Shown here one piece after another: positions 57,517-64,000 of a stretch of DNA of 64,000 bases; positions within the stretch are counted from its first letter, which is position 1, and every line of letters begins with the position of its first letter. The translations under genes and the position numbers were made by a program. The stretch covers positions 223,761 through 287,760 of the forward strand of contig CAVPAE010000007.1 of the NCBI GenBank assembly GCA_963701455.1, read 5' to 3'. Below the pieces are notes generated by a model. It did not search any database. It was not told the origin of the DNA and worked only from the letters and a program-made list of their open reading frames with translations. The DNA is from an uncultured Gammaproteobacteria bacterium (GTDB lineage: Bacteria; Pseudomonadota; Gammaproteobacteria; UBA9214).

Positions 57517-57924
57517 TCAGTGGCGCAGGCTTTTGCTTATGGTCCCCTCGACACGGGCCAGTATATCTTCTATGCAGGAGTCGTCTCCCTTTGAGAGAAA
57601 ACAGTCCGCGCCGTTCCGGAAGGCCTCCTGACGATACTCGGGCAGATCGTAGCTGGTAAGAATAACGATCACAATGTAGTCATACACCAGCTTTATCTTT
57701 TTGGTCACCTCCAGTCCATTTTCTCCAGGTAACTGGATATCCATAAAGATAATATCCGGACGCAGATACTCAACCTTACTCAAGGCCTCTCCTCCATCTC
57801 CAGCCTCGTCAACACCAATCAACGGGAAGTACGAGAGCAATATATCCGAGAGTGAATTTCGGAATGTGACATTGTCTTCAACAAGCAGCGCATGGAACAT
57901 TGATGCCTCCTCAGCCGAATGCAT
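57517..57924 (-). CDS. single-domain response regulator (CheY-like receiver)
   Basis: LLVEDN...DIIFMDIQLPGENGLEV...ILTSY...K. Start is either ATG 57924 or 57900. Confidence 0.75.
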   Translation of the reverse strand: MHSAEEASMFHALLVEDNVTFRNSLSDILLSYFPLIGVDEAGDGGEALSKVEYLRPDIIFMDIQLPGENGLEVTKKIKLVYDYIVIVILTSYDLPEYRQEAFRNGADCFLSKGDDSCIEDILARVEGTISKSLRH

Positions 57925-58173
57925 ATGCCACCATTAATAGCATCCGTTGCTAACATCATAAGGAGATAACTGCCGTTTAATAGGTAGGCAAACACCCCAT
58001 ATTGCTCCACCAGGCACCGTATTCTTGTGGCTGCTGATATCAGGGTTATGCTGCAGCGTCGGCGTCATGCAGACGCCAGGGCCATGCCATTGCCCCGGCA
58101 ACAAGTGGAGTCTTTCTGCCAGTCCGGCACAGACAGGGATAAATGCAGACGGTGTCTGAATAATAGCCGCCTG

Positions 58174-60264
58174 TTAACCAGTGAATCCCGGGCACTTGTT
58201 GTAGCGCCTGCGAAATAACTGACCCACCAGTGATATCAGCAGCAGGACATACAAAGTCGGATCAAGCACGGCACCGGGCCTGACACTGCAGCCACCGCCC
58301 CCACCCCCTCCGCCGTTATTTACCAACGCATTTGCATTTGCATTGTCAGTGGTAACTGACACCGTGTCGGGCGCACTGCCCACCATCCCGTCGTTGACGA
58401 TCAACTGCGCCACATAGGTACCGGGCAGATCTGCCACAAAAGCAGGATTGACTGTTGTTGCATTCGACAGCGTCGCTGTGCTGCCCGCCGGCACACTCGC
58501 CAGCGACCAGGCATAAGTCAGTCCATCACCGTCCGCATCATACGAGCCACTGCCGTCCAGCGTCACGGTATCGCCCACCAGCACCGACTGGTCCGCACCG
58601 GCAGCGGCCACCGGCGCGGAATTATCGGTGCTGATACTCACGCTGTCAGGCGCACTGCCCACCATCCCGTCGTTGACGATCAACTGCGCCACATAGGTAC
58701 CGGGCAGGTCTACCACGAAGGTGGGCTTGACTGCCGCGGCATTGGACAGCATGGCCGCGCTGCCCGCCGGCACACTCGCCAGTGACCAGGCATAGGTCAG
58801 TCCATCACCGTCCGCATCATGCGAGCCACTGCCGTCCAGCGTCACGGTATCGCCCACCAGCACCGACTGGTCCGCACCGGCAGCGGCCACCGGCGCGGAA
58901 TTATCGGTGCTGATACTCACGCTGTCAGGCGCACTGCCCACCATCCCGTCGTTGACGATCAACTGCGCCACATAGGTACCGGGCAGGTCTACCACGAAGG
59001 TGGGCTTGACTGCCGCGGCATTGGACAGCATGGCCGCGCTGCCCGCCGGCACACTCGCCAGTGACCAGGCATAGGTCAGTCCATCACCGTCCGCATCATG
59101 CGAGCCACTGCCGTCCAGCGTCACGGTATCGCCCACCAGCACCGACTGGTCCGCACCGGCAGCGGCCACCGGCGCGGAATTATCGGTGCTGATACTCACG
59201 CTGTCAGGCGCACTGTCCATCTTCCCGTCGTTGACAACCAGCTGCGCCACATAGGTACCGGGCAGGTCTACCACGAAGGTGGGCTTGACTGCCGCGGCAT
59301 TGGACAGCATGGCCGCGCTGCCCGCCGGCACACTCGCCAGTGACCAGGCATAGGTCAGTCCATCACCGTCCGCATCATACGAGCCACTGCCGTCCAGCGT
59401 CACGGTATCGCCCACCAGCACCGACTGGTCCGCACCGGCAGCGGCCACCGGCGCGGAATTATCGGTGCTGATACTCACGCTGTCAGGCGCACTGTCCACC
59501 TTCCCGTCGTTGACAACCAGCTGCGCCACATAGGTACCGGGCAGGTCTACCACGAAGGTGGGCTTGACTGCCGCGGCATTGGACAGCATGGCCGCGCTGC
59601 CCGCCGGCACACTCGCCAGTGACCAGGCATAGGTCAGTCCATCACCGTCCGCATCATGCGAGCCACTGCCGTCCAGCGTCACGGTATCGCCCACCAGCAC
59701 CGACTGGTCCGCACCGGCAGCGGCCACCGGTGGATTATTGCCCTGACTAACCAGCTGGATTTCAGGCGTGTAGGCCCACAGGGTGGCATCCTCGCCACCT
59801 GGTGGATTCCTGTACGTCACAACGATATTACCGTCAGCACCCGGCGCAACTGGCGACCCATCGATAAACGTGCCGCTGAACAGATAGGCAGCGCGATAAG
59901 TCAACACCACGGAATTGACACGCGACGGCGGGTTGCCACCCTCGTACTTTAACTGCAATACGCTCTCGACATTCCCTCCCCCGGCGTCGAAGATGCTGTA
60001 TTCCGTCAAGCCGGCGCTGACTACACACCCGTTACATAACGAGGTGGCTGGAAACAGCGGCTGGCCTATATCGACCTGCTCATAGTCGCCAGCAAGGTTG
60101 GTGAAATCCCAATCATAGGTTACCGTCCGCTGAACCGTATCTACCGTCGTCGTGATCGTCACACCATTCGACATCATCGCGGTCATGGCCGCGGCCGATG
60201 CAGCACCAGCCAATCCTACACATAGCAATAACAGTAATAGTTGAACTCTTGTTATTAGCCTCAT
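58174..60264 (-). CDS. secreted protein with 5-6 tandem PKD domains and a C-terminal GlyGly-CTERM/PEP-CTERM-like sorting tail
   Basis: Signal peptide MRLITRVQLLLLLLCVGLAGAASA. Repeated 93-aa unit APVAAAGADQSVLVGDTVTLDGSGSHDADGDGLTYAWSL... (PKD signature). C-terminus reads NNGGGGGGGGCSVRPGAVLDPTLYVLLLISLVGQLFRRRYNK. Confidence 0.8.
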   Translation of the reverse strand: MRLITRVQLLLLLLCVGLAGAASAAAMTAMMSNGVTITTTVDTVQRTVTYDWDFTNLAGDYEQVDIGQPLFPATSLCNGCVVSAGLTEYSIFDAGGGNVESVLQLKYEGGNPPSRVNSVVLTYRAAYLFSGTFIDGSPVAPGADGNIVVTYRNPPGGEDATLWAYTPEIQLVSQGNNPPVAAAGADQSVLVGDTVTLDGSGSHDADGDGLTYAWSLASVPAGSAAMLSNAAAVKPTFVVDLPGTYVAQLVVNDGKVDSAPDSVSISTDNSAPVAAAGADQSVLVGDTVTLDGSGSYDADGDGLTYAWSLASVPAGSAAMLSNAAAVKPTFVVDLPGTYVAQLVVNDGKMDSAPDSVSISTDNSAPVAAAGADQSVLVGDTVTLDGSGSHDADGDGLTYAWSLASVPAGSAAMLSNAAAVKPTFVVDLPGTYVAQLIVNDGMVGSAPDSVSISTDNSAPVAAAGADQSVLVGDTVTLDGSGSHDADGDGLTYAWSLASVPAGSAAMLSNAAAVKPTFVVDLPGTYVAQLIVNDGMVGSAPDSVSISTDNSAPVAAAGADQSVLVGDTVTLDGSGSYDADGDGLTYAWSLASVPAGSTATLSNATTVNPAFVADLPGTYVAQLIVNDGMVGSAPDTVSVTTDNANANALVNNGGGGGGGGCSVRPGAVLDPTLYVLLLISLVGQLFRRRYNKCPGFTG
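58310..59700. repeat. tandem array of five near-identical 279-bp units (PKD modules) inside the CDS
   Basis: Antisense ORFs 58819-59064 and 59098-59343 give 80 of 81 identical residues (one HPVVDDQ/LPVVDNQ-region difference) 279 bp apart. The coding repeat is 93 aa. Confidence 0.85.
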
Positions 60265-60616
60265 CCCCCTCTCCCCGAAAGTCAGTGTTCTTGCGTGAGA
60301 CCGAATTGCGACTTGTCACGCTTGAGCCTAAAGGAATCGTCTCTATGGAAAAGGTAGGGAAACACCCCAGAATCGATCTTAAAACACTCTATTTTCATGC
60401 CTGCAGACGTAACAAATGCGGCTATTAAGTACAACTTACTGAATCTAAGTATATTTACGGATTGCCAATATTCCGGCTGTTGACTAGCATGATAAGGTAA
60501 TCCTGATTAACTCATGCGTCTCGTCCCTCACCATGAGGCTTTAACCAGTAGGTTCTAAATAATGCCTGTTACGTAATACGGTAGTAAAGAATTAGAATCA
60601 ACCTTAGGGAGAAAAG

Positions 60617-61273
60617 GTGATGCTAAAACAAAAAGTCCTCCTCGCCGAGGATCATGCAATATTACGGGAAGGCCTGCGAGCCTTGCTTTCAAGTACACCT
60701 GAGCTGGAAATCATCGGAGAAGCCGAGGATGGACAGGAAGCTATCAACCTGGCCAGACAACTCGAACCAGACCTTATCCTGATGGACCTCACCATGCCGA
60801 ACATCAACGGCACAGAGGCCATGCGCACGATAAAGCGCAACAGTCCCGACATCAAAATCATTGTGCTGACCGTTCACAAGTCAGAAGAGTATGTCCGGGC
60901 CACTCTGGATGCGGGTGCGAATGGTTATGTCCTCAAGGACGATACACATAGCGACCTGTTAACTGCCATTCTGAACGTGCAGAAGGGTAATGTGTATTTG
61001 AGTCCCGGCATCTGTGACAAAGTAATCAACGGCTACCTTGACACCTCCACTCGCGACACTTTCTCTATACCTTGGAACCAGCTCACTGTACGTGAACGCG
61101 AGGTAACAAAACTCATAGCCGAAGGCAAAAAGAGTCGGGAAGTTGCCGATTACCTTTCGGTGAGTCTCAAGACTGTGGAAAAGCACCGTTCCAACCTCAT
61201 GAGGAAACTTGATCTCCACAATGTTTCGGCAATAACCAAGTACGCCATTGAAAACAAGCTGGTGCAGCTATAG
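60617..61273 (+). CDS. LuxR/NarL-family response regulator (REC + HTH_LuxR)
   Basis: VLLAEDH...LILMDLTMPNINGTEA...IIVLT...K, then a C-terminal HTH (EREVTKLIAEGKKSREVADYLSVSLKTVEKHRSNLMRKL). Confidence 0.9.
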   Translation: MMLKQKVLLAEDHAILREGLRALLSSTPELEIIGEAEDGQEAINLARQLEPDLILMDLTMPNINGTEAMRTIKRNSPDIKIIVLTVHKSEEYVRATLDAGANGYVLKDDTHSDLLTAILNVQKGNVYLSPGICDKVINGYLDTSTRDTFSIPWNQLTVREREVTKLIAEGKKSREVADYLSVSLKTVEKHRSNLMRKLDLHNVSAITKYAIENKLVQL

Positions 61274-61339
61274 GCGTAATAGCGCACAGAGGCATGCCTG
61301 CCCAGGACAGCCTCGACAAATAAACGTTCCGGAGGCATA

Positions 61340-63609
61340 TCAAGTCCCCACGATAGCCGGCCATGCGGCACGGATGAGCGTGCCAGCTCCTGGCACTGAT
61401 TCAAGATCGAACTCCCCGCCCGAAAGCTCCACCCTGTTACGCATGCCGCTTAGCCCGAAACCATGCACCGGGCATAAGGTTTCCGGCATAATTCCCTTGC
61501 CGTCGTCTTTAACCGACAGGGTGAGCATGCCGCCTGTATTCAGCAACTCGACTGATATGCTACCTGCTTCCGCGTGCTTGCCCGTATTATTCAGTGACTC
61601 CTGAACAACCCTGAATATCACGATTTTCTGAAGATCTGACAGATCACTTTCCGCAACATCAATCTGCAAATCCACAGAGATCGACGGAAAGTGAGTAATA
61701 AATTCCCTGATGAACCATTTAACCGTTGCCTTCAATCCCAGGTCATCGAGAATTGACGGTCTGAGGTTCATGGAAATATTTCGTACTTCATCAATAGTGT
61801 CACGCAGTTTCTCGATAATACCGCGCAGGTATAGCTTACCCGAACCCGGCAAGCTGCTCTCATATTCCCGCATGGCATTTTCCATACCGAATTTGATCGC
61901 ACTGATACTTTGACCGACGCTGTCATGCAGCTCCGACGCAATCCGCTTCCTTTCCGCTTCCTGGGCTTCCATGAGTTTTCCCGAGAGAATCTTGAGCTCG
62001 CACTGAGAGCGGCGCAGGGCATCCTCGGTATTTTTCTGCGCTGTGATATCTATGATGTTCCCCATAATCATGAATTCGTTCGCGCAACCAACCCTGGTCA
62101 GATTTCTTTGCAACCAGAGCGCCCTCCCGTCCCGGGTCACACCCTTGATAATTCGTTCTTCAGATGCCCACTCCTCTTCCGCAATCGTGCCATTCATGTC
62201 TGCACTGCTTCTGCTTCTGCACGAGGAAACAAAACCTGCATATCCAATGTGGCGACTTCTTCCTGCGTGTATCCGAATATTTCCGCAAACCGGTTATTGC
62301 AGAAAACAATACGCTTGTCTTGCATAACGTAGAGCCCGGTCAGCGTGGTCTCCACGAGGCAGGTGTATTTTTTTTCTGATTCTCTCAGCGCTTCCCCATC
62401 ACGCATGTGGTCCTGGATTTCTCCCCTCAATGCTGCATTCGCCTTTGTGAGGTCTATCGTTCTTTCTTGCAGTCGCTTCTCCAGTTCCTCGTTGTAATCC
62501 TGCATGACCCGTTCAGCCCGCTTCTGCAGGCTGATGTCCTCAATGACCAGGAATGCAAAACCTTCCTCCTCTATACCATCCTCATATTGAGACTTTTTGC
62601 ATTTGTTAATGGAACATCGCAGGTCCTGTCCCGGGGTTGCATTATGGTATTCACATGTCACGAAGTCGGTATTCAGCAGTTGTTGCCACATGTCATAGAA
62701 TTTTGTTTTCAGCGCGCAACGCCAGTTGCTGCATCCGGGATGGATGACATCGTGCACATGTTTCCCTCTCACCGAGGTAACATCACCCAGCCCCCATGTC
62801 TCCAGCGTCCGGTTGGACCTGATTACATGTCCGTTCTCGTCTATCAGGCACACCAGTTGCGGCAGGGCATCCAGCGTGCTTTCCCACTGGTGTTTTGCCT
62901 GAATAACCTGCTGCATATTGCGGGTATGCGCCAATTCCGCATGTTCACTTTCGACGGTCAGGCTCAACATGTTCATCATTGCACGCAGAAACACGGCATC
63001 CTGCCCTGAAAATACAACACCGGATTCCGAACTACCGGCAAACGCCGCCAGGTTGCCATCCCTGCAGGGCACCATAACGAATATGCCGGCGCCAAGCGTG
63101 TATTTCTCCAGGATCGCGACTGAAGGAATATAGATGTTTCCCTGCAGTTGACCAGGACCAGGGCTAACATCCACCACCTCTGCGCAGCCGGGCTGTTGCG
63201 ACAATTCGGCAAGCGCATGCGCGAATCCCGCGGCAGTGGCCCGGTCCCAGCCGATGCTCGAGTTAAAGCGCGAGTCGGTATCAACAGCGCCGAGATCCTG
63301 AATCAGGATATGATCCGCAGGCAGCCCTGCAGCGATAACCTCGATTGCCCGACGCAACAGATTATTTATTTCCGTAGTGGAAAGTGCGTCGTAAACAGCC
63401 GAGATCATCTGTCTGCACCCGACAGTCCCGACATACCGCACGGACCCTGGTACTGCAGCCCCGGGACACTGCCTGTTTAGATCGATTTTAATTTTTTCCG
63501 GACAAGGGTAATCGGCAAACAACAGAAAATCACTCCCGGCACTCCCGTGCGGATTGGCAGAACGCTGGCCTTCAGAAACCGTAAGCATAATATTGGCGTT
63601 AGAATGCAT
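61340..63609 (-). pseudogene. GAF-PAS-PAS-HisKA_3-HATPase sensor kinase split by a frameshift inside a PAS domain (~62195)
   Basis: ORF 62194-63609 ends mid-PAS (...YVMQDKRIVFCNNRFAEIFGYTQEEVATLDMQVLFPRAEAEAV). ORF 61340-62197 begins with the rest of the same PAS domain (EEWASEERIIKGVTRDGRALWLQRNLTRV...NIIDITAQK), then the H-box ELHDSVGQS and HATPase_c. It is convergent with the LuxR-type regulator. Confidence 0.6.
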
Positions 63610-64000
63610 GTTTATGATCGCCTATAATGAAGACTGGACTACTCTTTGAATACACAGATATTTATACCAACGATATCACTTGCTGGATATAAGTAGAAAT
63701 ACTTACCAGCAGAGGGCCTTAAATAAGGACACTTCACCTGTACCGTGTAAAATATTGTAGCCAATGATTCGGTTGCTGTCTTGAACCCGACTGGTCAGAT
63801 GATGCGCGTAGTTGCTGCTTCCGTGAAAATACGCCGTCAGGGTCGGACCTCTCCAGCACAACGTGTCGCAGCACATCCCTGTGCCGCGAACCATGCGATA
63901 ACCGTTACCTGATCTTGTTGTCGTGTCACAGGGTGCAGTTCACCTCGGCGTCCTCGGTTACGAAGATCACGTTCTCGCCGTTCAACCTACCGCCACACTT

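Noticed and set aside
63703-64000. Short ORFs at the right edge
   Set aside because: Too short and unsupported. The right end may enter another minus-strand gene whose start lies outside the window.

Overview
This is a high-GC, gene-dense window that looks proteobacterial. The first ~26 kb is mostly housekeeping-type genes: tatD, tcdA, slyD, an EF-P-like gene, cytochrome c peroxidase, pirin, a PiT phosphate transporter with its DUF47 partner, a TrkA-C-containing SLC13-family (divalent anion/Na+ symporter type) transporter and a sigma54 two-component pair. From ~26.9 kb to ~60.3 kb the content is dominated by secreted and redox proteins. 

The main finding is a minus-strand, partly translationally coupled cluster at 26.9-36.4 kb. 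It encodes a His-rich polytopic membrane protein (putative b-type cytochrome), a 21-heme c-type cytochrome, a cytochrome of about 50 hemes built from near-identical 279-bp tandem modules, periplasmic SPOR/TPR-like proteins and a beta-barrel outer-membrane protein. I read this as a candidate trans-envelope electron conduit with an architecture I do not recognise from described systems. 

Other things I noted:
- a tandem triad of multicopper-oxidase-like genes with graded loss of copper ligands;
- a 1701-aa beta-helix surface protein;
- a PKD-repeat protein with a sorting-signal-like tail, also carrying 279-bp tandem repeats;
- a cytochrome-c/periplasmic-binding-protein fusion next to SCO1 and a truncated paralog;
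- three families of small interspersed repeats;
- several apparent frameshifts (YyaL-like gene, TPR/beta-barrel gene, PAS kinase) that are either pseudogenes or indel errors in the assembly.

I did not see tRNA genes, rRNA genes, CRISPR arrays, transposases or phage genes.
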